From Tubiluchus corallicola (lineage: Eukaryota; Animalia; Priapulida), in NCBI GenBank assembly GCA_030141605.1, contig JAQGDQ010002399.1:1-64000 (forward strand): DNA of 64,000 nucleotides, given 5' to 3'. This document shows, one piece after another, positions 20,357-29,483 of this stretch. The notes below the pieces were generated by a model, which saw only the letters and a program-made list of their open reading frames with translations, had not been told where the DNA came from and did not search any database. The position numbers were made by a program, and so were the translations under genes. Position 1 is the first letter of the stretch. Every line of letters starts with the position of its first letter.

Positions 20357-20485
20357 GTCCACAAAGAAAGCGGCATCACTAACAACCCCAACCACTGGGC
20401 AGAGGAAGTGGGTAGTCCTCGCTATATATTAGACTTGCTACTAAGTGTTATCAACCTAAGCGTACAAACTGTAGATATAGTATAA
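20357..20485 (+). pseudogene. C-terminal relic of a Type ISP (LlaBIII/LlaGI-like) restriction-modification enzyme
   Basis: Not in the ORF track. Translates as VHKESGITNNPNHWAEEVGSPRYILDLLLSVINLSVQTVDIV*, matching the recalled Type ISP C-terminal pattern K.SGI.NDPN.W..E.G.PRYILDLL..II.VS..T..IV. It has no start codon. Confidence 0.8.
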
Positions 20486-20550
20486 TCGGCAAAACCAAAT
20501 GAACATTTTTTTGTGAACAAAAACAACATTTTTTCATAAACAAAATTCAC

Positions 20551-20578
20551 AAAGAAGCCCTGATTTCAGGGCTTCTTT
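20551..20578. terminator. Intrinsic terminator-like hairpin
   Basis: Perfect 13-bp inverted repeat AAAGAAGCCCTGA-TT-TCAGGGCTTCTTT downstream of the TM2/ISP-relic unit. Confidence 0.75.
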
Positions 20579-20592
20579 GGTAAAAGCAATTA

Positions 20593-20810
20593 CTTTTTTT
20601 GTCCATATCAAGCTTAACTATATGAATAGTTGAGTCCTCTTTTTTTCATTAAAACAGTATATAATATATCAAGTGTTTTTTATAATTTCATAATAAATGC
20701 TAAAACGTAATAGGGGGGGCGAACGTCTATGTTTGCGTCTCCATCTGATGGTGAATGAACATTTTCTCTTGATGAAGTTATTTTATTGGAAAAATGGGGG
20801 AAGCGTAAAA
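20593..20810. repeat. Direct repeat copy R2 (partial, right half)
   Basis: Matches 19493-19684 and 24317-24504 (TCCATATCAAGCTTAACTATATG...TAGGGGGGGCGAAC...GAAGTTA). Confidence 0.95.
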
Positions 20811-20878
20811 TCATTTAAGCAAGTTTTTTTTTAATATTTGTGTAATACTTTGTATGTTTGTTACTTTAATCCAAAGTA

Positions 20879-22678
20879 ATGACTCCAGAAAAAGAAAATA
20901 ATCGTTCTATCTTTCAACAAAACATAGAGCGGGGTGAAAAAGCGGGTATACTCTCTATTAACGAGCAAACCCAAAAAATAACATATAAGGCAGTACGTGA
21001 GTTTACTGTAAGTATAAAGAACCCCGAAGAGGTAGTAAGAGCTTCTTACTTTACTCAATTGGTGTTAGACTATGGCTATCCACCTGAGAAGATAGACTTT
21101 GAAGTACCTACCAAACCCGACAAAGATAGAATAGATATTTTAGTCTATAAAGATGAGGAGCAGAAAGACCCCTATATTGTAGTAGAGTGTAAGAAAGACG
21201 GTATTTCTGACGCTGAACTTAAAAATGCTACTGAGCAAGCATTTAGGTATGCCAATTACAAAAAATCTCATTATGCTATTGTAGTGGCAGGTACTACCAA
21301 AGCATCCTACATAACCAAAGACTTTCAAGGAGGAGAACGAGAAGACAACATTATTGCCGATATACCTGTAAAGTACGGAAAAGCACCCAAGTATAAGTTT
21401 ATAGCAGGCGATAAGGAAAGAGATTTAGTAATTGTATCGAAAGAAGAACTCATCAAAGCCCTTGAAAAGTGCCACAATACCGTTTGGCAGGGGGGAAAGC
21501 TTGCCCCTACCACTGCCTTTGATGAGGTTTCTAAACTGCTATTTTGCAAACTCAAAGACGAAAAAGATAAACCCAAAGGCAAACACTACGATTTTCAGAT
21601 AGGCACACACGAAACACCCCAAGAGGTTTTTAAACGAATAGATTACATTTACCAAAAAGCTAAAAAGCAAGATGAAGAGGTTTTTAAGGAGGATATACGT
21701 TTAGAGTCCGAAGTTGTTTATACAGTGATAAAGCACTTGCAAGAATTGGCTATCAACAAAGTAGATTTGGATGTAAAAGGCATTGCATTTGAAAGGTTTA
21801 TGCAAGAGTTCTTTAAGGGTAGGATGGGGCAATTTTTCACCCCTCGTGAGGTAGTGAAGTTTGCCATTGATATGATGCAGCCCGATAATAGTATGAAAGT
21901 ATTAGACCCCGCTTGTGGTTCGGGTGGTTTTTTGCTCAATGCAATGGATAAGGTAAGGCATTATGCAGAAAAGAGTTTTGCTCCTGACATAAAACAAGTT
22001 CTTAAATATTGGCATGATTTTGCTAAAGATAACCTTTTTGGCATCGAGATAAACGACCAGATAGCAAGGGTATGCAAAATGAACATGATTATCCACGATG
22101 ATGGACATACCAACGTGATAAGTACCGACAGTTTAGAAAACTTTGAACACATTACAGACATAAATAAAAAGTTTAAAAAAGATTATTTTGATTTGATATT
22201 GACCAATCCACCCTTTGGAGCAACCATAAAAGGAAGTGAAAAAAAATATTTAGCAACTTTTGAATTAGGAAAGAATGGCAAGAAAGACCGTAAAAACCAA
22301 AAAACGGAAATACTCTTTATTGAGCGGTGTATACAGTTTTTGAGACCTAAAACGGGCAAGATGGCTATTGTATTGCCCGATGGAATATTGACTAACTCAT
22401 CTTTGCAGTATGTACGGGATTTCATAATGGAGCATTGTCAGGTTTTAGGCGTAGTATCATTACCACAAACCGCCTTTAGCCACTATGGAGCGGGGGTAAA
22501 AAGCTCCTTGCTATTTGTGAGACGAAAGGGCAAAGAGGAGGTATTGAGTAGTTACCCTATCTTTATGGCTATTGCTGAACATATAGGCTACGATGCAACG
22601 GGTAAAAAAGATAAGAGTGATTTCTCTGATATTTTGGAGGAGTACCGTAAGTTTGAAACCCAAAACGGACTAAGCTAA
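20879..22678 (+). CDS. Fused restriction endonuclease-N6-adenine methyltransferase (HsdR_N-like PD-(D/E)xK domain + HsdM-like MTase; Type IIB/IIG-like RM subunit)
   Basis: N-terminal PEE.VR...RIDILV...IVVECKK nuclease motif. MTase motifs GQFFTPR, VLDPACGSGGFL, LTNPPFG and IVLPDGIL. Confidence 0.9.
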   Translation: MTPEKENNRSIFQQNIERGEKAGILSINEQTQKITYKAVREFTVSIKNPEEVVRASYFTQLVLDYGYPPEKIDFEVPTKPDKDRIDILVYKDEEQKDPYIVVECKKDGISDAELKNATEQAFRYANYKKSHYAIVVAGTTKASYITKDFQGGEREDNIIADIPVKYGKAPKYKFIAGDKERDLVIVSKEELIKALEKCHNTVWQGGKLAPTTAFDEVSKLLFCKLKDEKDKPKGKHYDFQIGTHETPQEVFKRIDYIYQKAKKQDEEVFKEDIRLESEVVYTVIKHLQELAINKVDLDVKGIAFERFMQEFFKGRMGQFFTPREVVKFAIDMMQPDNSMKVLDPACGSGGFLLNAMDKVRHYAEKSFAPDIKQVLKYWHDFAKDNLFGIEINDQIARVCKMNMIIHDDGHTNVISTDSLENFEHITDINKKFKKDYFDLILTNPPFGATIKGSEKKYLATFELGKNGKKDRKNQKTEILFIERCIQFLRPKTGKMAIVLPDGILTNSSLQYVRDFIMEHCQVLGVVSLPQTAFSHYGAGVKSSLLFVRRKGKEEVLSSYPIFMAIAEHIGYDATGKKDKSDFSDILEEYRKFETQNGLS

Positions 22679-24033
22679 TGCAAGTCTTTACTATACAGAG
22701 CAACGATATTGAGGGAATATTAAGCCCTTTATATTATTACAATAGTTTATCACTTGATTTTGACTACCAAAAGCTAAAAGATATTGTAGTAATAAATCCC
22801 AAAAGAGTAATTGACTTTTCTAAAACAGATTTATTACCTTACGTTGGATTACCTCAAACTAATGAAGGTGAAGTTAAAAAGATTTTATACAGACCTTTTA
22901 ATGAAATAAAAGGGCGAAATATTATAAAATCAAACGATGTTTTATTTGCAAGAATTGAACCAAGTATTTTTAATAAAAAGTATATTTATACAGATTTACA
23001 AGGTGAAGACTTCGCATTCTCATCTACTGAGTTTTATATTTTAGAAGCCAAAGAGGGCACTAACTCAAAATTTCTTTTTTATACTCTATTCCTTGATAAT
23101 GTTTATAATCAATTTGCAGGAAAAACAACGGGGTCAACAGGAAGAAGAAGATTAGATAAACAAACTTTTGAAAATATCAAAATTCCATTTCCTAAAAAAG
23201 ATACGCAAGCCCAAATAGTAGCATTGATGGACAAAGCCTATGCCACTAAAAAGGCAAACGAAGCGGAGGCAGAGAGGCTACTAAACTCCATTGATGGCTA
23301 TGTATTAGAGCAGTTGGGCATTACCTTACCCGAACCAACAGAAGAGAAAACTTTTACCGTAATGAGTAAAGAGGTGGAAGGTGGGAGAATGGATGCTTAT
23401 TATCATAAGCCTATATTTAAAGAATTATACAAGCAGATTAATAGTTATTCTAATGTCAAACGACTATATGATATTACAAATGAAATAGATTATGGGTTAA
23501 TGCCAACACAAGATTATGCAAAATCTGCAAATGAAGGTATTCCTATGATAAGGGTAACAAATATTCTACAAGATGGAAATATAAATATGGAAAAAGTAAA
23601 GTATATTCCATTTAATACTCCCCGATTAAATTTAAAAAAAGTAAAAGAGAATGACATTTTGATGGTGCAATGTGGTAATACAACAGGTAAAACTGCTATT
23701 GTTCCAAAGAAATTAGAAGGTTATACTTTTGGTTCTTTTTCATTTGTTATAAGAGCAAAAGAAGGAATAAATCAAAAGTATTTATTCTGTATTTTAATGA
23801 ACATTATAATACAAGAACAAATTAAGCATACTTGGAATATTGTAACTGTTAGACCAAATACTTCTAAACCTGATGTACAAAACCTACTTATACCTATTCC
23901 ACCACTTGACAAGCAAACCGAGATAGCCGAAGAGGTACAAAACCGAATGCACAAAGCCGAGCAGTTAAAAAAAGACGCTATTACGGTAGTAGAGGAGGCA
24001 AAACAGGAGGTAGAACGTATTTTGTTTGAGTAG
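22678..24033 (+). CDS. hsdS: Restriction-modification specificity (S) subunit with two TRDs
   Basis: Two TRDs ending in IPFPKKDTQ and IPIPPLDKQ, each followed by a coiled-coil spacer. The start overlaps the upstream stop (TAATG), suggesting translational coupling. Confidence 0.9.
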   Translation: MQVFTIQSNDIEGILSPLYYYNSLSLDFDYQKLKDIVVINPKRVIDFSKTDLLPYVGLPQTNEGEVKKILYRPFNEIKGRNIIKSNDVLFARIEPSIFNKKYIYTDLQGEDFAFSSTEFYILEAKEGTNSKFLFYTLFLDNVYNQFAGKTTGSTGRRRLDKQTFENIKIPFPKKDTQAQIVALMDKAYATKKANEAEAERLLNSIDGYVLEQLGITLPEPTEEKTFTVMSKEVEGGRMDAYYHKPIFKELYKQINSYSNVKRLYDITNEIDYGLMPTQDYAKSANEGIPMIRVTNILQDGNINMEKVKYIPFNTPRLNLKKVKENDILMVQCGNTTGKTAIVPKKLEGYTFGSFSFVIRAKEGINQKYLFCILMNIIIQEQIKHTWNIVTVRPNTSKPDVQNLLIPIPPLDKQTEIAEEVQNRMHKAEQLKKDAITVVEEAKQEVERILFE

Positions 24034-24060
24034 TTTTATTTATCTTTTAGGTTTTAACTT

Positions 24061-24082
24061 TTCACTCTTCACTCTTCACTCT
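24061..24082 (+). repeat. Heptamer tandem repeat (TTCACTC)x3
   Basis: TTCACTCTTCACTCTTCACTCT between hsdS and repeat R3. Confidence 0.8.
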
Positions 24083-24086
24083 CACA

Positions 24087-24504
24087 GATAAAAAGCCATT
24101 GCCACATAGCCTTTTATGGGTAGTAGGTAGTTGTATATTATTTTCATTGTTTAATTCGTTAATGCGTTCTCTGGTTTCTTTTCGTTTTGCCCATATATCG
24201 GCAAGTTTACCATTTTCTATATTTATGTACTCATCTTTACCACAGATAGGTATATGGTCTACTATGGTAAAATCACTACGAGGATATTGTGATTGTACTA
24301 TATGTTCAATATCCCTCTTTTTTTGTCTATATCAAGCTTAACTATATGGATAGTTGAGTCCTCTTTTTTTTATTAAAACAGTATATAACATACCACGTGT
24401 TTTTTATAATTTCATAATAAATGCTAAAACGTAATAGGGGGGGCGAACATCTACGGTTGCACTTCCATTTGATGATGAATGAACATTTTCTCTTGATGAA
24501 GTTA
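24087..24504. repeat. Direct repeat copy R3 (~420 bp)
   Basis: Nearly identical to R1 from GATAAAAAGCCAT to GATGAAGTTA. Ends 15 nt from the pyrD stop codon. Confidence 0.95.
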
Positions 24505-24519
24505 AAAAGAGGTACAGTA

Positions 24520-25557
24520 TTAAATTGCTTTTTGTATAGCTTTATTAATTCTTTTTATTAAAGTAGGACCTTCGTAGATAAAACCAGTATATACTTGCAA
24601 TAGTTTAGCTCCGGCTTTTAATTTTTCTATAGCATCTTTTTCTGTCATTATTCCACCTACGGCTATAATAGGTAATTTTCCGGATGTTTTATTGTTTATA
24701 TATTTTATTACTTTCGTAGACTTATCTTTCAATGGCTTACCGCTTAGTCCTCCTTTGCCTATTTTATCAACTGCTTGGTTATTTGTATTTATCAAATTGT
24801 CACGAAAAGCAGATGTGTTAGTTGCTACAATACCATCTATTTTACTATCTTCTACTATTTCAATTATTTCATCTAGTTGGTTGTTGTCTAAGTCAGGTGA
24901 GATTTTTAGCAATATAGGTTTTCTTTTAGTTTTATTGTTATTTATTTTTTGTATTTGTAGTAGAATGTTTGTGAGGTAGGATTTGTCTTGTAGCTTTACT
25001 ATACCATCTACATTGGGACAACTTACATTAACAGTAAAATAGTCTACATAATCATACAGTTGCTCAAAACATTCTACATAGTCGCCTATTGCGTTATCAT
25101 TAGGAGTAGTATTGTTTTTAGCTATATTTCCTCCTATAATAATATTGGTTTTTCTTTTTTTCAGATTCTTTATAACATTTTTAGTTCCTACATTATTCAG
25201 CCCCATACGATTGATTATAGCTTTATCCTTTTTTAGTCTAAAAAGGCGAGGTTTTTTATTTCCTTTCTGTAACTTGGGGGTAACTGTTCCTATTTCCACA
25301 AATCCAAATCCCATAGCTCCAAGCATATCAAATACCTTGGCATTTTTGTCGAATCCTGCCGCCAAACCAACTGGACAAGGAAAATTTATACCAAATACTT
25401 TTGTATGTAATTCTTTTGACTTATAACCCCATATTCTATTAATAATATGTTTCGCAAATGGTATATTATTCAACACCTGTAAAAGAAACATTAAAATATG
25501 ATGAGCTGTTTCAGGTGAGAATAAGAAAAAAATAGGACGTAACAGACATTTATACAT
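24520..25557 (-). CDS. pyrD: Quinone-dependent dihydroorotate dehydrogenase (class 2)
   Basis: PETAH, GLAAGFDKN, EIGTVTP, INRMGLNN, NVSCPN, LKISPDL, TNT, GGLSGKPL. Start at MYKCLLRP. Confidence 0.95.
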   Translation of the reverse strand: MYKCLLRPIFFLFSPETAHHILMFLLQVLNNIPFAKHIINRIWGYKSKELHTKVFGINFPCPVGLAAGFDKNAKVFDMLGAMGFGFVEIGTVTPKLQKGNKKPRLFRLKKDKAIINRMGLNNVGTKNVIKNLKKRKTNIIIGGNIAKNNTTPNDNAIGDYVECFEQLYDYVDYFTVNVSCPNVDGIVKLQDKSYLTNILLQIQKINNNKTKRKPILLKISPDLDNNQLDEIIEIVEDSKIDGIVATNTSAFRDNLINTNNQAVDKIGKGGLSGKPLKDKSTKVIKYINNKTSGKLPIIAVGGIMTEKDAIEKLKAGAKLLQVYTGFIYEGPTLIKRINKAIQKAI

Positions 25558-25644
25558 ATTTGATAAGTTAAATTTGACAATTTTTCTATTGGTAGCAACA
25601 AACAATGTTTTTGTTACTATCTTTTCAAAAAGCAAAGATAAGTT

Positions 25645-26070
25645 TTAAGATTTGATTTCTTCAAATGAACCATCATTATAGAAGATAATTACTTTATCAA
25701 CTTTGCCTTTTTTTTCTTTTTCTTTCGGTGTTGCAACAGGGCTGTCTATATTCTCATTTGTGGATACTTCCAATTTTTTAGGATTAGGTTGGGGAGAGGA
25801 GGTTTTGTTTACTTTTGTTTTATTGTCATCTGCATAGAACAAGGTAGCTTGTGTTTCATTATAATTATACATACTACCCTTGCCTTGTAGAAGCCAATCA
25901 GTATTGAGAGTAGGGAATACTTTCAGCACTTTTAGCACAATGTCTAAACTAGGCTTGTTTCTACCAGATAAAATATGGGATACAATAGAGCGATTTATCC
26001 CTACCTTATCTGCAAATTTAGAAGATGATAATTGCTCTTTCTCCAACAGTTCGCTAATACGTTCTTTCAT
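25645..26070 (-). CDS. XRE-family helix-turn-helix transcriptional regulator
   Basis: SKFADKVGINRSIVSHILSGRNKPSLD...WLLQGKG and C-terminal KVIIFYNDGSF, typical of this Bacteroidota family. Start at MKERI. Confidence 0.9.
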   Translation of the reverse strand: MKERISELLEKEQLSSSKFADKVGINRSIVSHILSGRNKPSLDIVLKVLKVFPTLNTDWLLQGKGSMYNYNETQATLFYADDNKTKVNKTSSPQPNPKKLEVSTNENIDSPVATPKEKEKKGKVDKVIIFYNDGSFEEIKS

Positions 26071-26494
26071 TTCAACAATATTAAATAACATTTTTAAAAC
26101 AAATGCAAATCTCATTACAAATGTAATTAAACTATTTAAATAAAGTAGTTTACTTTTCTAATCTATACTGATTACGTTTGCAAACTTCAACAATAATTAG
26201 AAATATCGGATTATTTCAAAACATCTTAATATATTCATTATTTTAAATAAAAAAACACTTTAATGAAACTAATTAAAGTGCTGGGATTGTGTGATTTATA
26301 CACTAATTTACTTATGAAAGAAGCTACTTCCTTTAAGATTGATATATGTAAAATATAAAAATCGCTTTAATAAAATTATTTAAATTACTGATTTTAAGTA
26401 TTTTATTGGGTTTTAGTGAAATTTTAAATAGATGTTTTTATCTGATTACATTTGTTATTACACAAAAAAGGTATTTTACTTTTTTACAGGTTAG

Positions 26495-26996
26495 TATAAG
26501 GGGCAAAACAAAACGTACATATAAGCAAACAACAAAACAACAGCAAAAACCACTGTTTATAAGAGATACAGCCCATATATAAAAACAAGCCCAGCAAAAC
26601 GAAATGTACATTTATGCAACAGAACCTAACTATATGCTAATATAAGCCATACAAACAGCATAATAAGCCTTAAAACATAGATATAACAGCAATATAAACA
26701 TACAGGAACATACAGGCAAAAACAGCCTATACAGGGGGTAAAAAGCCCCTTTTTTTATGCAAAAAAACAGCCTAAAAATAGTTGGGGTGTCAGTTGGGGT
26801 ATCAATTAAGCCAAAAAAAGGGGCTTTAAACCCCCTTGAAAACGACACAAAAACGCTATTTAAAGCCTTTTTTAGCCTTATAATTGCTCAAAACGATTTA
26901 AAAAAAACAGCTTAAAAAGCTGCTTTTTTTAAATCGTCAAACAACTACCCGATTAGTTTCTCCCTCATTTTTGTACATTTCGTTTTAACGATTATA
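26495..26996. mobile_element. Putative miniature non-autonomous element or transposable-phage end relic (~500 bp)
   Basis: Perfect 15-bp inverted pair AAAACGAAATGTACA (26596-26610) / TGTACATTTCGTTTT (26972-26986), an outer degenerate copy at 26495-26519, internal GTTGGGGTGTCA-GTTGGGGTATCA tandem and a long hairpin at 26893-26937. Partial copies occur elsewhere. No clear target-site duplication. Confidence 0.5.
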
Positions 26997-27018
26997 TTTA
27001 AAAGAAATAATATTATGA

Positions 27019-27372
27019 TTATTTTTCTTTTGTCCATTCTATCTCTTTAGTAAAAAGACCTACAAAAACTTTAATAAGTAGCTCGTTTCCAGATGGTTTT
27101 ACTGTGGAATTATACCACGTGGCTTTCTTTATTGAATATAACTGACCTTTCCACAATTCCCCTTCTTTCTGGAAATCTTTAAGAATTTCTGTTCCAACTT
27201 TAGCTTTTGGATTGTCCGAAGAAATTACTTTTCCATACCATGACCCATCTTTTTGGTAAACTTCAACCATAGTGTTTTCTTTTCCTGTATTCCAAACCCC
27301 CTCTAATGATTGCTGTGCATAAATAGAAGCTATTGATATTAGTAAGACAAATGTTAATACTACTTTTTTCAT
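27019..27372 (-). CDS. DUF2147 family secreted protein
   Basis: Signal peptide, then GVWNT....VEVY.....YGKV, WKGQLY..K...Y and C-terminal W, as in DUF2147. Confidence 0.75.
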   Translation of the reverse strand: MKKVVLTFVLLISIASIYAQQSLEGVWNTGKENTMVEVYQKDGSWYGKVISSDNPKAKVGTEILKDFQKEGELWKGQLYSIKKATWYNSTVKPSGNELLIKVFVGLFTKEIEWTKEK

Positions 27373-27433
27373 TTTTTATTAATTTATTAATTAGTTAAAT
27401 TATATTTAGCAACAATATACTTTTTCACCTATT

Positions 27434-27665
27434 TATAAGCGATAAAACAAAATGTATATACGAGCAAGCAAAAATAGTAGGAAAAATAATGTTTACAAAA
27501 TATACAACTTATATATAAAAATAAGACAAACAAAACGAAATGTATATTTACGTTAATTTAATATTAATTTTCAAAGCAGAAATGCAATAAAACCTACCTA
27601 TATGCTAATATAACATACAAACAGCCTAATAAGCCTTAAAACAAGCCAAAACAGCAATATAAACC
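27434..27665 (+). repeat. Partial copy of the 26495 element left end
   Basis: TATAAGCGATAAAACAAAATGTATA ... AAAACGAAATGTATA ... TATGCTAATATAACATACAAACAGCCTAATAAGCCTTAAAAC aligns with 26495-26700. Confidence 0.8.
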
Positions 27666-27781
27666 AATAAATTACACTTATTATAGAGAGATAATTACTA
27701 CTTCTTAAAAAATTAACTACTTTTGCTGTTCAAAATATTTAAGATTTTAAGATTAGATGTTATATTTTATGTTATAAAATT

Positions 27782-29302
27782 ATGGAGTGTAAAAAAGCAA
27801 TATTACTTATATTAGATGGTTGGGGAATAGGAGATAAAACAGAGTCGAATGTGGTATATAAAGGTGATACACCTTATTGGAATAGCTTGTTGGAACAATA
27901 TCCTCATTCTAAGGTACTTACTTCCGGTGAAGATGTAGGATTGCCTGCTGGACAAATGGGCAACTCTGAAGTTGGACATCTTAACATTGGTGCAGGACGC
28001 ATTTTATATCAAGACTTAGTTCGCATAAACAAGGAAATAGAAAATAATAAAATTACTCAAAACCCTAAGTTAGTTGAGGCTTTTAATTATGCTAAGAAAG
28101 AAAATAAGCAGGTGCATTTGCTTGGTTTAGTGTCTGATGGAGGGGTGCATTCTTCCGAAAATCATCTATACAAATTGTGCGATGTAGCTCAAGAATATGG
28201 TTTGGAGAAAGTATTTGTTCACGCATTTACAGATGGGAGAGACACAGACCCTAAAAGCGGATTGGGTTTTATTACTAACCTACATAATCATCTTAAAAAT
28301 TCTGCTGGTGAAATTGCTTCTATTGTAGGACGTTATTATGCTATGGATAGGGACAATCGTTGGGATAGAATAAAAAAAGCCTACGATTTATTAGTAGCAG
28401 GCAAAGGTGAAAAAGCCACCGACCCTATGGAAGCAATGAAAAACTCTTATAACAATGATATTACCGATGAGTTTGTAGAGCCTACTGTAATCACCAACAA
28501 CAGCGGGCAACCCAAGTCTACTATACAAGAAGGCGATGTAGTGATTTGCTTCAATTTTAGAACGGATAGGCTACGACAAATGACCACTGCCTTATCTCAA
28601 AAAGATATGCCAGAATATGGTTTGAAAGCTCTCAACTTGAAATACTATACGATGACAAAATATGATGAGTCATTTAAAGGAGTAGGGGTTTTGTACGACA
28701 AGGAAAATGTGCAAAACACAATGGGTGAAGTATTGGCTAAATTGGGGAAAAAACAGATACGTATTGCTGAAACAGAAAAATATGCCCACGTAACTTTTTT
28801 CTTTTCAGGAGGTAGGGAAGAAGAGTTTGAAGGAGAGAAACGTATACTTATTCCTTCTCCAAAAGTGGCTACATACGACCTAAAACCTGAAATGAGTGCT
28901 TACGAAGTAGCCGATACTATTGTTGAGGAAATAAAAACACAAGAGGCTGATTTTATCTGTTTAAATTTTGCCAACGGTGATATGGTAGGACATACGGGCA
29001 TATATGAAGCTATACAGAAAGCAGTAAAAGCAGTAGATAACTGTTTGAAAAAAGTAGTGGAAGCAGCCAAAGAAAATGGGTATGAAACTATTATAACAGC
29101 AGATCACGGGAATGCTGATTTTGCTGTAAATGCAGATGGTTCTCCTAATACAGCACATACTACCAACCCCGTTCCTTGTGTGTTGGTGTCTGATAGATAC
29201 GACAAGGTAAAAGACGGTATTTTGGCTGATATAGCTCCCACATTGCTGAAATTGATGGATATTGAGCAACCTGTGGAAATGATAGGAAAACCGCTTGTTT
29301 AA
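27782..29302 (+). CDS. gpmI: 2,3-bisphosphoglycerate-independent phosphoglycerate mutase
   Basis: [71 protein letters not shown]. Confidence 0.97.
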   Translation: MECKKAILLILDGWGIGDKTESNVVYKGDTPYWNSLLEQYPHSKVLTSGEDVGLPAGQMGNSEVGHLNIGAGRILYQDLVRINKEIENNKITQNPKLVEAFNYAKKENKQVHLLGLVSDGGVHSSENHLYKLCDVAQEYGLEKVFVHAFTDGRDTDPKSGLGFITNLHNHLKNSAGEIASIVGRYYAMDRDNRWDRIKKAYDLLVAGKGEKATDPMEAMKNSYNNDITDEFVEPTVITNNSGQPKSTIQEGDVVICFNFRTDRLRQMTTALSQKDMPEYGLKALNLKYYTMTKYDESFKGVGVLYDKENVQNTMGEVLAKLGKKQIRIAETEKYAHVTFFFSGGREEEFEGEKRILIPSPKVATYDLKPEMSAYEVADTIVEEIKTQEADFICLNFANGDMVGHTGIYEAIQKAVKAVDNCLKKVVEAAKENGYETIITADHGNADFAVNADGSPNTAHTTNPVPCVLVSDRYDKVKDGILADIAPTLLKLMDIEQPVEMIGKPLV

Positions 29303-29483
29303 TACTTAGAAACACAGAAATAACTTTTTGTAGAAAGTTTACTCTGTACACAGTTTTTGAGAGTAAATAAAATAGCAGAAAAAGAATAAGAAATAAAGAG
29401 GGGAGAGGGGTAAAGAATAAATAAGATTTATATATTTAGATACTTATCTTTTTGTATTTGGTTAACCGTAAAATCTAAAAACT

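Noticed and set aside
19261-24504. R1/R2/R3 as IS elements, integron attC sites or a CRISPR array
   Set aside because: There is no transposase-length ORF or terminal inverted repeat, no evident attC R-box pairing, the units are far longer than CRISPR repeats, and no cas or intI gene is present.
26630-26848. 72-aa minus-strand ORF inside the miniature element
   Set aside because: Low-complexity translation of repeat DNA with no transposase or other motif.
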